Source: a virus
Strand: one strand, 5' to 3'
DNA: 64,000 nt
Virus record (IMG/VR): IMGVR_UViG_3300032236_001232
Span: 1-64,000 of that record
Part shown: in pieces, positions 55,701 to 64,000 of the stretch
Numbering within the stretch: position 1 is the first letter of the stretch
How the letters are laid out: every line of letters begins with the position of its first letter
Made by a program: the position numbers and the translations under genes
Notes under the pieces: generated by a model
Seen by the model: only the letters and a program-made list of their open reading frames with translations
What the model was told of the DNA's origin: nothing
Database searches by the model: none

Positions 55701-58690
55701 GATGATACATTAGTTGTACCAGGAACTACAATGTTAGTAGCGGTAAATGTTGTACCATTGAATGTTAACCCACTACCGAATGTAGTAATGCCCGCAGCAC
55801 TTTGATATGGAATTTGATTTGTGCCACCACCGATAATGTTATTGGCATTTACAGCACTATTAACATAAACACTTGAGGTGTTAGTAAATGCCGGAGCCGA
55901 TCCACTTCCTTGACTGACCAATAACCACCCAGCAGTTCCTTGTGCTAAAAACGCGGTGGTATTAGGAGCACTTTGATATACCAATGAGCCGTTTGCAACG
56001 CCATTACCTAATAAATTGGCTGCATAACCAACTTGTTGAGTTGAGGTATTACCGGAATTTAAAATATTAGCTACAGCAGCATTACCGACATACATACTAC
56101 CTGTGCTAATGAAAGCAGTAGAACCTGCACCTGTTTGATAAGCAAATTGATTAGCGCTACCACCTGCTAAATTAACAGCAGTTGTCATCAATGTAGATGT
56201 TGTTAGCGTAACTGTGGCTACATTAGCAGCAACACTAGCACTGAGACCTGTATTGAAATTAATAGTAGCAGCGGTTCCCTGACTTATTCCAAGACTCTGA
56301 ATGGTTAACGAACTGGCTGTACTAACTGCATAACCGTTAACATAGATATTGGTAGCAGTTACTACACCGCCGACATATAAACCTCCACTGATACCGACAC
56401 CGCCGGCTACAGTGAGTGCCCCGGTATTTGTGCTAGTAACACCAATTGTAGAACTGATATTGGTTGTGGTGAATGTTCCTGTATTAGCAGATATTCTACC
56501 AACTCCAAACATATCGCCACCCCCCATATCGAGGTCACCGCCTGCCGAACCAGCAATAGTTAATGTTCCACCAATATATAAATCTTTACCAACTGCTAAT
56601 CCTCCCGCTACCTGCAATGCTCCTGTGGTAGTCGATGTAGCATTAGTTGTACCAGGAACAATGATATTGGTAGCGGTTATTGTATTACCGACATATAAAC
56701 CACCGCCGATACCAACACCACCGGTTACCTGTAAAGCACCGGTATTAGTTGAGATAGCAGCAGTGCTACCTGTTAGTGTTAGTGTATTTTGATATACAGG
56801 GGATCCTGTACCACCGCTAACTAAAATTTGTCCTGCTGTACCTGGTCCGACAAATCCAGTTGTGCCAGGGGCTGTTTGATATACTATTTGTCCTGCTGTA
56901 CCATTTAATATATTTGTAGCAGTAATTCCACCGGGTAAACTTGCTGCTGCCGCTATCGATGATCCTAATGTCGAAGTAGTAACTACTTGTGACCCGGAAG
57001 CCAATATTGAAGTCCCAGATGACTTAACTGCAACTGAGCCGATATATAGAGTTCCGCTGGTTACATAAACATCTCTAAAGGGGTTAGCAAGTGATCCTAA
57101 ATCTACAGAGGAGTTCCCTGGCATAATGGAACCGCCTACATATAAACTTCCACCTATTCCAACTCCCCCAATTACCTGTAAGGCACCAGTTGCAGTGCTA
57201 GATGATACAGTGTTATTACTAACCGATATAGAAGCAAATGTTACCGAGCTGGTTGTATATAAATCTTGGTCGGTTCTACTCGGGCCCTGCGGTCCTTGAG
57301 CTCCGGTATTACCAGTTGGTCCCTGTGGCCCGGTTACTCCCTGCGGTCCTTGTGCCCCTGTGTTACCAGTTGGACCCTGCGGTCCTTGAGCACCGGTATT
57401 ACCAGTTGGGCCTTGTGGTCCCGTAACTCCTTGTGGTCCTTGCGCTCCGGTATTACCAGTTGGTCCTTGAGGTCCTTGAGCACCGGTGTTACCTGTAACT
57501 CCCTGCGGTCCTTGTGGTCCCGTAACTCCTTGTGGTCCTTGAGCACCTGTGTTGCCTTGAGGTCCTTGTGGTCCCGTAACTCCCTGTGGACCTTGTGGTC
57601 CTGTAACTCCTTGCGGTCCTTGAGCACCAGTATCACCAGTTGGTCCTTGTGGTCCCTGAGCACCGGTGTTTCCTTGTGGCCCTTGTGGCCCGGTTACTCC
57701 TTGTGGTCCTTGAGCTCCGGTATTACCAGTCGGTCCCTGTGGCCCGGTTACTCCCTGAGGTCCTTGTGGTCCCTGAGCACCGGTGTTTCCTTGTGGCCCT
57801 TGTGGCCCTGTTACTCCTTGTGGTCCTTGAGCCCCGGTGTTACCTGTAACTCCCTGCGGTCCTTGTGGTCCCGTAACTCCTTGTGGCCCTTGCGGACCTG
57901 TTACCCCTTGCGGTCCTTGTGGGCCCGTTGGGCCAACTGCACTAACCAATTGTCCGTTGGTATAGATATTACCGGCATATATAGATCCACCAATACCAAC
58001 ACCGCCTGCAATAATTAATGCACCAGTAGTAGTAGAACTAGCAGCAGTATTATTAGTTGTTTGTATAATATCATCTGTTTTAACCAGCGTAGTGGTAACA
58101 GTAGTATACTGAATTGTTAATTTTTGAGCGACAATTTCGCCGCCGATATATAAATTGCCCCCAATGCCGACTCCGCCGGTTACAATTAAAGCACCTGTAG
58201 TAGTAGAACTGGCTTGAGTGTTTAATGTGAGCGTAGCCGTCGATCCAATAGTAAGGCCGGTGCTGGCATTAAACTTGTTAATTGTTGTAGATTCTAGCCC
58301 TACATATGATCCGTCAACAACATCTGCTAGTGTAAAATATCTATCACCCGGAGTTAAGGTATTAACTTGAATATTATCTGCATTGGTGCTAGATCCAGCA
58401 CTAATACTCCCTAAATTAGACCACGAAGCTGTGCTTCCGTCACTAGTTAATACGGTATTGGCACCACCGATAGGTATAAAACCAGTGGTCCCCGGGGCTG
58501 TTTGATAAGGAATACTGCCAGATGTTCCACCTGCTAGGTTAGTGGCGGTATTAGCAGTGTTTGCTGTTCCTGAGCCCGACCCCGATCCTGAGCTAGTCCG
58601 AGTCCACGAGTTTGTGCTAGTGGAATATGTATAGGTAATACCGTTTAGGGTAGTAGTTTGACCATTGGTTGCCGGTGCTGGAAAAGACAA
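52751..58690 (-). CDS. long tail fibre with collagen-like repeats and C-terminal intramolecular chaperone (S74-like)
   Basis: TTG start with SD AAGGA; many ST.TGAL.V.GG.G.GG.L.VGG repeats; G-X-Y tracts; [10 protein letters not shown]...G..A.EV...PEAV...[12 protein letters not shown]. Confidence 0.9.
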   Translation of the reverse strand: MSFPAPATNGQTTTLNGITYTYSTSTNSWTRTSSGSGSGSGTANTANTATNLAGGTSGSIPYQTAPGTTGFIPIGGANTVLTSDGSTASWSNLGSISAGSSTNADNIQVNTLTPGDRYFTLADVVDGSYVGLESTTINKFNASTGLTIGSTATLTLNTQASSTTTGALIVTGGVGIGGNLYIGGEIVAQKLTIQYTTVTTTLVKTDDIIQTTNNTAASSTTTGALIIAGGVGIGGSIYAGNIYTNGQLVSAVGPTGPQGPQGVTGPQGPQGVTGPQGPQGVTGNTGAQGPQGVTGPQGPQGNTGAQGPQGPQGVTGPQGPTGNTGAQGPQGVTGPQGPQGNTGAQGPQGPTGDTGAQGPQGVTGPQGPQGVTGPQGPQGNTGAQGPQGVTGPQGPQGVTGNTGAQGPQGPTGNTGAQGPQGVTGPQGPTGNTGAQGPQGPTGNTGAQGPQGVTGPQGPTGNTGAQGPQGPSRTDQDLYTTSSVTFASISVSNNTVSSSTATGALQVIGGVGIGGSLYVGGSIMPGNSSVDLGSLANPFRDVYVTSGTLYIGSVAVKSSGTSILASGSQVVTTSTLGSSIAAAASLPGGITATNILNGTAGQIVYQTAPGTTGFVGPGTAGQILVSGGTGSPVYQNTLTLTGSTAAISTNTGALQVTGGVGIGGGLYVGNTITATNIIVPGTTNATSTTTGALQVAGGLAVGKDLYIGGTLTIAGSAGGDLDMGGGDMFGVGRISANTGTFTTTNISSTIGVTSTNTGALTVAGGVGISGGLYVGGVVTATNIYVNGYAVSTASSLTIQSLGISQGTAATINFNTGLSASVAANVATVTLTTSTLMTTAVNLAGGSANQFAYQTGAGSTAFISTGSMYVGNAAVANILNSGNTSTQQVGYAANLLGNGVANGSLVYQSAPNTTAFLAQGTAGWLLVSQGSGSAPAFTNTSSVYVNSAVNANNIIGGGTNQIPYQSAAGITTFGSGLTFNGTTFTATNIVVPGTTNVSSTVTGALQVAGGVGVGGNLFVGGTVTATNHVGNITTLNITTYPVGSNANLLIDPDGTGDVLFSTATQVIVYDTATSVSTTTGALVVNGGIGVGGALYVGGVITATNVYVNGYAVSTSSGSSFTGGAVVNATTITNTTPTSSTNTGALQVVGGVGVGGGLFVGATITATNLIVNGTTNAVSTTTGAIQVAGGLAVGKDLYVGGTLYIAGAGGSDIDMTGGDISNIGNLTANTATITKFIITATTGAYSTNTGVLQIAGGVGVAGGLYVGGIVTATTFVGSIAGSNITNTSTLQVGYAANLLAGSAGSLPYQSAANTTAFLALSGTQKSLLTAGASAPTYVTQVQATSGTGSASATGGQSLVITGGGLGVTGDSYLVNNVGIGGTLLVTGDTTFSGQVTFNGTATNVLSSNTYYTDNLIEVHVPPSGVYGKWNVDDGKDVGFRFHYFANSTDTNAALVIDNTNKYLNWYSAGAESTSSVFTSATYGTFRTGNIILTNSTGSATTQTGALTVVGGVGIGGGLYVGGVVTATTFVGNFTGSVTGTATTATNATNIAGGIKDQIPYQTSTGTTAFSSGLTYNGTTLTATNIIVPGVTNATSTLTGALQVAGGLAVGKDLYVGGTLYIAGAGGSDIDMTGGDISNVGNLTGNTATITKVVVTATTGVTSTNTGALQVIGGVGIGGGLFVGGVVTATTFIGNLTGTSTTATNIAGGAANQLHYQTGVGATGFIAAPTTATTYLAWTGTGFTWSSSVGPQGPQGPTGNTGAQGPQGPQGVTGAQGPQGVTGAQGPQGPTGNTGPQGPQGPGSPLATQFTITNTTAATSTITGALQVAGGAGIGGNIIIGGAISAGTAVPGVAGEIRASSEITAYYSDRRLKENVQTIDNAVVKVLSLTGITYTPNATAESFGYDRTKKLVGLFADEVDAVLPEAVRPAPFDDDGAGGSKSGENYQTIQYEKLIPLLVEAIKEQQQQIIQLKEAINTLTSKE
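53294..53455 (-). repeat. collagen-like G-X-Y tract (18 triplets)
   Basis: [15 protein letters not shown]. Confidence 0.9.
57278..57934 (-). repeat. collagen-like G-X-Y tract (73 triplets)
   Basis: uninterrupted [15 protein letters not shown]. Confidence 0.92.
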
Positions 58691-58721
58691 TTGAATTTCC
58701 TTGAAAGGTTAATCGATAGTG

Positions 58722-58729
58722 TATTTATA
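58722..58729 (-). promoter_or_regulatory. T4-type late promoter for fibre operon
   Basis: TATAAATA on minus strand. Confidence 0.75.
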
Positions 58730-58817
58730 GATATTTTAAAAGAAAAATAAATTTCTAATTTATCCTTCTTTCTTCTAAAAATACTACTATTCTACACCTT
58801 ACGGGGATTATTGAACA

Positions 58818-59129
58818 TTACTCGGATTCGAGGATTTCTTTAATTCTAGCCATAAGCGTTTCGTCTGTCCATGTACCTCGAACTGCAAGATACTCATCTC
58901 CTTCCCATGCAAAGAATGTTCTAGGAATCGGGTCGGCCCCTATCGGTTCAAAAACTACAGTTACCTGGACACTATTGCGACGACCTCGCCCAAAATTAAA
59001 ATTATCGGTTTGAGCATTGCCGGGTGTATATCCATAATTTTCTTGAACATCTGCGAGATAGAAAGAATCAGCAATTACAGCCTCAACTGGAGGAATCACT
59101 ACAACAGGTTTGCTTAATGATGTTGACAT
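58818..59129 (-). CDS. hypothetical protein
   Basis: SD AAGGA, TAAATA upstream. Confidence 0.7.
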   Translation of the reverse strand: MSTSLSKPVVVIPPVEAVIADSFYLADVQENYGYTPGNAQTDNFNFGRGRRNSVQVTVVFEPIGADPIPRTFFAWEGDEYLAVRGTWTDETLMARIKEILESE

Positions 59130-59164
59130 AAAAAATCCTTTTAAAATATTACAATATTTATTGT

Positions 59165-59389
59165 CTAATCTTTTTCTGTAACTATCACAGCAACACGATC
59201 AATCCAAATTAATCTACCATAACAGGCAATGTTCCACTTGGTTTCGCCGTGTTCTTGTGTGCATTCTGTAAAAGTTTCCCCGATTAATCTTACATCGGTT
59301 GCTAGATGTTCAACACCATTTTCAAAAACTCTCCAAACTAAATCAGATCCGTTATGCTTAGTGTTGAACCTAACGTGATATTTGTTCAT
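59165..59389 (-). CDS. hypothetical protein
   Basis: ATGA overlap with the cysC-like gene. Confidence 0.7.
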   Translation of the reverse strand: MNKYHVRFNTKHNGSDLVWRVFENGVEHLATDVRLIGETFTECTQEHGETKWNIACYGRLIWIDRVAVIVTEKD

Positions 59390-60240
59390 TTCAATCCAAG
59401 TTCTTGCCGAATTTTAGTTGCCGATATATTATGTATAGCATCATCAAAGGTTTCTTGTTCGATTTTATATCCTACATCTCTTCCGTAGGTAATATTAACA
59501 ATATTAGGCACAACCTGAATTTCGTATTGACCTTGATACAATGGATCTAAATCCCTACGAATAAATGATTTAACTTGTTCTACCGCAAATGGGTTACTTC
59601 CTTGCCACCCTTGGCAATCACGAATTTGTATTACTACCTGTCCAGTCTTGGCGATAGCCCGATCAAACAGTGCTCGATGCCCAGCATGCCATGGTTGCCA
59701 TCTGCCTAACATCTGCACAGTTTCTTTTTGCCAGTCAAATACAGGGCGACGCTTATTATAAAGAATATGGCTGCCTACAAATTCTGCCCATTTTTCACAG
59801 TTTTGTTCGGTAATCCTAAAGTCGTAAACATCCGGCGGAACAAAGGCTTTGTTAGTGTCCTCATAGCGACCGGCAGCAATAGTATCCATCCATATAACCC
59901 AATCTGCTTTAAAGTTATGACGCATTTCGGGTAATGGTGCTACAAAATCACAAATAACATAATCGCCTGTGCATTCTAAAGCAAATCTAGCCATTCGAAA
60001 ACTTTGTCTGATGCGCCCTTCTCGACTAAAATCCCAATCATTATATCTTTGGCGAATATCGTCGGCATTAAACCAATCTACACGGGCACGGAAATTGCTA
60101 GGTGCAATTTCATGTCCTACAGCTCTTTCGAGCGGCATAGTTTCAAGATTACTGAAATCTTCAAGATAAGTTTTAAGAGCTTTTGCTAGATATGTTTTAC
60201 CTGCTCCAGGTAATCCCATAATTAAAATTTTAACAGGCAT
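59386..60240 (-). CDS. cysC: adenylylsulfate kinase-like domain fused to HxGH nucleotidyltransferase domain
   Basis: IMGLPGAGKT, NADDIR...DFSREGR, DFVAP, F.PP; then GRWQPWHAGH. Confidence 0.75.
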   Translation of the reverse strand: MPVKILIMGLPGAGKTYLAKALKTYLEDFSNLETMPLERAVGHEIAPSNFRARVDWFNADDIRQRYNDWDFSREGRIRQSFRMARFALECTGDYVICDFVAPLPEMRHNFKADWVIWMDTIAAGRYEDTNKAFVPPDVYDFRITEQNCEKWAEFVGSHILYNKRRPVFDWQKETVQMLGRWQPWHAGHRALFDRAIAKTGQVVIQIRDCQGWQGSNPFAVEQVKSFIRRDLDPLYQGQYEIQVVPNIVNITYGRDVGYKIEQETFDDAIHNISATKIRQELGLK

Positions 60241-60249
60241 GATTATTCC

Positions 60250-61080
60250 TTATTCGTATAGTGATTTAATATCGTCTGTTGTTTCTCTTTTAACTTCCGT
60301 AACAGTTTCACCAGTTTGAGTGGTAGATTGGGGAGAATTTAATCTATCATTTATTACTCGAATTAAATCTACAGCATAGACATGTTGTTCCGAACATGCA
60401 CAAGATGTTTTGGCATTTAACCAAATATTATATCCAAGATCGGTGATTTTATCGCACAGCACAATTGAATCGCTGAAAGACTTACCATCTTTTACCTTGT
60501 ATTCAAATACATTCTTGATTTCATTGCCTGTATTATTGGTGATTGATATATTTGTATCCAATAATTCTTCTACAACTTCTTTGCTGAGTTTTAAAAATCC
60601 CGCACTGGAATATTTTACTTTAAAAAAGTCTTCTTTATTTTTTTCAAATTTATCAAAATCCATGTCTAGATCAAATACAATATCTTGAACTACTTTTTTA
60701 ATTACAGGCAATCCTACAACATCCTCTGGGCTGAGAATTATTTCTAAAAAAGAATTAGCATCCCACGCTAAATTAGCATCAATCAATACAGCACACTTGT
60801 AGTCTGTATCTCTTAATGTGTTTAACAGTTCATTTTTTGCCATCGGTGGGTTAGACATGTGCCCAATGAATGATGTAAATACTCTAATGCCATATCTCAT
60901 ACAGAGTCTGATAGTATTAGATAAACTGTTGGCATATAATGCAGATACAGAATTATTTTCTGTATAGGTTAAAATAACCACATTGACAAATTCCTGCTGG
61001 TCAACATTTGTTGTTGATGTTTCTTCGACTGTTGTTTGAGTAGCTCGAGCAGGAATTTCGAGCCGTTTGTTATTTTTCAT
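60250..61080 (-). CDS. GT-A-like protein, possibly inactive
   Basis: paralogue of 61080-61850 but IDANL for IDSD and SDS for SED. Confidence 0.6.
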   Translation of the reverse strand: MKNNKRLEIPARATQTTVEETSTTNVDQQEFVNVVILTYTENNSVSALYANSLSNTIRLCMRYGIRVFTSFIGHMSNPPMAKNELLNTLRDTDYKCAVLIDANLAWDANSFLEIILSPEDVVGLPVIKKVVQDIVFDLDMDFDKFEKNKEDFFKVKYSSAGFLKLSKEVVEELLDTNISITNNTGNEIKNVFEYKVKDGKSFSDSIVLCDKITDLGYNIWLNAKTSCACSEQHVYAVDLIRVINDRLNSPQSTTQTGETVTEVKRETTDDIKSLYE

Positions 61081-61850
61081 TATAGTTCCTTGTAGATGTT
61101 TTTAAATGATTTTAAATAATCAAGGCCAGAGGAATTAGTTGTATCGATATATTGCTTTGTTTGATTTTTAAAATTATTTTTATACCATTTTAAAAAATTC
61201 CCTGTATACTTTTTTCCACCGTAATGGTTACAAGTAATGTGCGGATCTAAATATATCTTAAAATTTCCTTCTTCACGAAGCCTATTACATACGTATATAT
61301 CCTCGCTGACTAAAGATTTGCCTTTAATCTGAATGTTAAATATAGCCTTTCTGTGTTTAACTGTGTCCGTTGATGATTCGGGTATTTCTGTATAGGGCTC
61401 ACTGTTGTCCCATAACCATTGGCAAGCCTTTCTACTAAATCTTAAAAATCCAGTTCCTAATCCTCTAACTTCATATAGATTCTGTATACTCGGTTTCATT
61501 TCTCCAAAATATCCCACATACATCTCCGGAGAATCACTTTTTTTAGGGTATGTGCCACCAACAACATCTACCGGATAACTAAGTATTTTAAAGAAGTCTT
61601 CTGGATTCCACTCTATATCAGAGTCAATCCAAAATAGATCATCGCAATCGTTATCTAATGCTATAAACAGTGTGTCATTTCTTGCTCGTTGGATTAGCGC
61701 ATCATAACTAACCCACATTGGTATAATTTCAACGTTTTCATCAAACGATCGTTTAACAGTGCCAACAAGGCTATTGGCATACCAGGAATCAACCCTTCCA
61801 TCATAGCAAGGGGTGCCTATAACAACTCTTCTTTTTTTATCTTTTGACAT
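61080..61850 (-). CDS. GT-A fold glycosyltransferase
   Basis: IGTPCYDG, RARN, FWIDSDI.W, GTGFL, SEDI..C, HYG. Confidence 0.8.
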   Translation of the reverse strand: MSKDKKRRVVIGTPCYDGRVDSWYANSLVGTVKRSFDENVEIIPMWVSYDALIQRARNDTLFIALDNDCDDLFWIDSDIEWNPEDFFKILSYPVDVVGGTYPKKSDSPEMYVGYFGEMKPSIQNLYEVRGLGTGFLRFSRKACQWLWDNSEPYTEIPESSTDTVKHRKAIFNIQIKGKSLVSEDIYVCNRLREEGNFKIYLDPHITCNHYGGKKYTGNFLKWYKNNFKNQTKQYIDTTNSSGLDYLKSFKNIYKEL

Positions 61851-62745
61851 CTTTTATTAAATTTTTCCATAGTGGCATTCTAGCATTCCAAGACCAGAAT
61901 TTATTGTAATGATCGGATTGTTCTTTGTAAAATAAGTCATTATGATTGTATTCTTCTATTGCTTGATTCAATGCTGCTGTATAGGAATCTACTAATACAG
62001 CATGATCCTGTGTATAGTTTACATAGGTTGCCCAATCTGAACAGGTCTCAAATAATGCTCCATAATTGGTTACTAATAATTTACACCCGGCTGCTGCTGC
62101 TTCAATAGCCGAAATACAACTGGTCTCTTCAAATATACTTGGATAAGCAAATATATGAGCGGACTGTAGTGCTTTCCTTACACCCGAGTTCGAAGCATAT
62201 CCCATATAATTTACGTTTTTCATGCTTTTAGCTCTATTAAACATTTCAATGTAACGATCACCAAATTGTCGATCAAAAGATTTGCCGTAAATTATAGTAG
62301 AAGAATATATATCCAATTCAACATCGTCTCTATCAAGTTTTTCAAAGCTATCTAACAATACAGATAATCCTCTCCACGGAGTAGATGTATATATCAGTTT
62401 TAATTTTCCATTATTAGGTTTTTTAACATGGGGTATCGGTTCAATCCAATTTTTAATTACTCGAGATTTATTTTCTGGAATATGAAAAATATATCTAAAT
62501 TTTTCATATTGCCAATTTGAAGCATAAACAAAGTAATCAATTTTATTAACAAAATCTTCGTTGGCCATTAGGACAACATTTTCTTGATCGTAGTTCAATT
62601 CCTGCCAAAGAATATTAATCCTACCTTCTTGTATTAGGTTAAAATCACACATGGATGAAATTAGATTAATATCTGGTTCAAAATCGTTCACCATGTATTT
62701 CATTAACGAGTAATACATCAACTCCGATCCGCCAAGTGGTTTCAT
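61837..62745 (-). CDS. GT-B (family 4-like) glycosyltransferase
   Basis: GGSE, YTSTPWRGL, YPS.FEETSCISAIEA.AAG...GAL.ET. Confidence 0.85.
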   Translation of the reverse strand: MKPLGGSELMYYSLMKYMVNDFEPDINLISSMCDFNLIQEGRINILWQELNYDQENVVLMANEDFVNKIDYFVYASNWQYEKFRYIFHIPENKSRVIKNWIEPIPHVKKPNNGKLKLIYTSTPWRGLSVLLDSFEKLDRDDVELDIYSSTIIYGKSFDRQFGDRYIEMFNRAKSMKNVNYMGYASNSGVRKALQSAHIFAYPSIFEETSCISAIEAAAAGCKLLVTNYGALFETCSDWATYVNYTQDHAVLVDSYTAALNQAIEEYNHNDLFYKEQSDHYNKFWSWNARMPLWKNLIKDVKR

Positions 62746-63380
62746 ATTTTATTAAACAGTATATCAATTTGAAGTAAAAATTCATTGCTATCATACATAC
62801 AATGCATTATATCTAAAATTTGATAATCTTTACTTCTCATATATTCAATTACATCACCGACTAGCGGGGCCTCCAAGTTGTATGGTTTAACTGAAGTTTC
62901 TATTAATATATATTTTGGTTGATATATTGTTAAAAAGTTTTCAGCCCCTCTAAGTATGTCCAGTTCTGATCCTTGTGTATCTAGTTTCACTAGCCCCGAA
63001 TTTTTCCAATTTCCTCTAAAGTTTACTCTTTTTGAAATATCGTCTAATGTAGTTGTTCTCTTTTTTATTACAATAGGATTTTTATAATATTGAGTCAGTT
63101 CCCTATATACTGAACTACCTGTTGTAATTGAATTTTCGTTGTGTAATGTAAAAAAATCTAATTCTTGATTAGATCTATCGCTTAGTAATGCAAAAATAGC
63201 ATCGCTATATAGCCAAGGTTGTTGTCTTTCGTCGGCTTCTATTTGCCATACCCTAGCTTCAGGCCAATAATTTTTTACTGTCCTAGTAAATTCACCCCGA
63301 TAGGCTCCAATATCTAAAAAATGGCTTATATCTACACCGGAGTTTTTTAATACAGAAAGCCGACGACTAATACTATTCAT
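62742..63380 (-). CDS. FkbM-family methyltransferase
   Basis: LDIGAYRG, TLDD, KLDTQGSELDILRG, Q.DILF; TAATG overlap. Confidence 0.85.
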   Translation of the reverse strand: MNSISRRLSVLKNSGVDISHFLDIGAYRGEFTRTVKNYWPEARVWQIEADERQQPWLYSDAIFALLSDRSNQELDFFTLHNENSITTGSSVYRELTQYYKNPIVIKKRTTTLDDISKRVNFRGNWKNSGLVKLDTQGSELDILRGAENFLTIYQPKYILIETSVKPYNLEAPLVGDVIEYMRSKDYQILDIMHCMYDSNEFLLQIDILFNKI

Positions 63381-64000
63381 TAGTCTATCCACTTGACTTG
63401 ACGTTTCATATGGTCAAAATCTTTTTTCCAAAAGGACTGATCAGCATACATCTTCCATAAATCCTCAGGAATAATCGGTTTCCTCGGAGTCCATTCAACT
63501 TTTTTCTTAATAGTATGTAGCCCAGACATTGAAACTTTATCATCAAAATTATTATAATTGTCTTCTACATTATCAAAATCGTGATTAAAATACGGTTCAT
63601 TTAAAAAGGCATAAATTTGACGCATGGTATTTTCTGGACGTTTTGTGATTGCGTCATAATTCACTACACAAATTATATCTTTTTCATTAGAGTATAATGC
63701 TTGTTTTGTGCAGGCCAACGGAGCATTTAAGAAACCACCGATAGCCATAACTGTATGTGTCCTTTCGTATACACTGATATGTTCTTGACTTCCATAAATG
63801 CCTTTTAACGTGAGGGGATTTTTTTCATTAATTCGTTCAATGCTGTCGAGTATCCAAGGAACATCTCTTATACACAGTATTAATTTTCCATCGGGCCAAA
63901 TGGTTTTTATCATCGGTGTATGCGCCGCCCATCCCCTATTGGTATTAAAACAAACTGCGTTCCCATCGCTATAATAGGCTTCAAACATTGCCCTAATAAT
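63380..64000 (-). CDS. sulfotransferase family protein (5' end outside window)
   Basis: K.I.CIRD...ILDS (3'-phosphate-binding R/S), V.YD.IT..PE.TM..IY.FL..P; frame open to the window edge. Confidence 0.75.
   Translation of the reverse strand: MIRAMFEAYYSDGNAVCFNTNRGWAAHTPMIKTIWPDGKLILCIRDVPWILDSIERINEKNPLTLKGIYGSQEHISVYERTHTVMAIGGFLNAPLACTKQALYSNEKDIICVVNYDAITKRPENTMRQIYAFLNEPYFNHDFDNVEDNYNNFDDKVSMSGLHTIKKKVEWTPRKPIIPEDLWKMYADQSFWKKDFDHMKRQVKWID

Noticed and set aside
53112-58018. Many plus-strand and off-frame ORFs in the fibre gene (likewise 23893-29592 and 32796-34643)
   Set aside because: Shadow ORFs arising from Gly/Thr/collagen codon repeats; no initiation signals.
1-64000. Stop-codon reassignment
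   Set aside because: Core genes are full length and densely packed under code 11, and TAA, TAG and TGA all terminate credible genes.
1-64000. tRNA or structured ncRNA genes
   Set aside because: No cloverleaf/T-loop signature recognised in the few intergenic gaps; tRNAscan-SE/Infernal would be needed to exclude them.

Overview
This window is a 64-kb piece of a large, probably jumbo, T4-superfamily myovirus genome. It reads with the standard genetic code, and I saw no tRNA or CRISPR array. (1) 1-4.3 kb: a GC-richer cluster of small early genes behind near-consensus sigma70 promoters, most carrying a conserved TGTKGY-N6-RCAACA palindrome. (2) 4.3-10 kb: late or putative head-associated proteins, a 5'-nucleotidase, a nucleotidyltransferase and AlgH. 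(3) 10-22.6 kb: replication and recombination genes (gp41 helicase, gp61 primase, a miniature DnaE, UvsW, UvsY, UvsX, gp32). (4) 22.7-32.6 kb: a paralogous array of Gly-rich/LamG fibre proteins. (5) 32.6-51 kb: packaging, neck and tail genes (terL, terS, gp4, tube, sheath, gp13/14/15) plus three free-standing homing endonucleases. The large terminase is a fractured gene, TerL-N+32-aa IntN / HNH endonuclease / 111-aa IntC+TerL-C, so it is predicted to need protein trans-splicing by an atypically split intein. (6) 51-64 kb: a 1979-aa collagen-containing fibre flanked by a glycosyltransferase, methyltransferase, sulfotransferase and APS-kinase module. Many genes look leaderless, with a TAAATA or sigma70 -10 box only 4-8 nt before the start codon. 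All product calls come from motif recognition by eye, with no database search. Several starts were moved from the ORF track to the best-supported initiation site.
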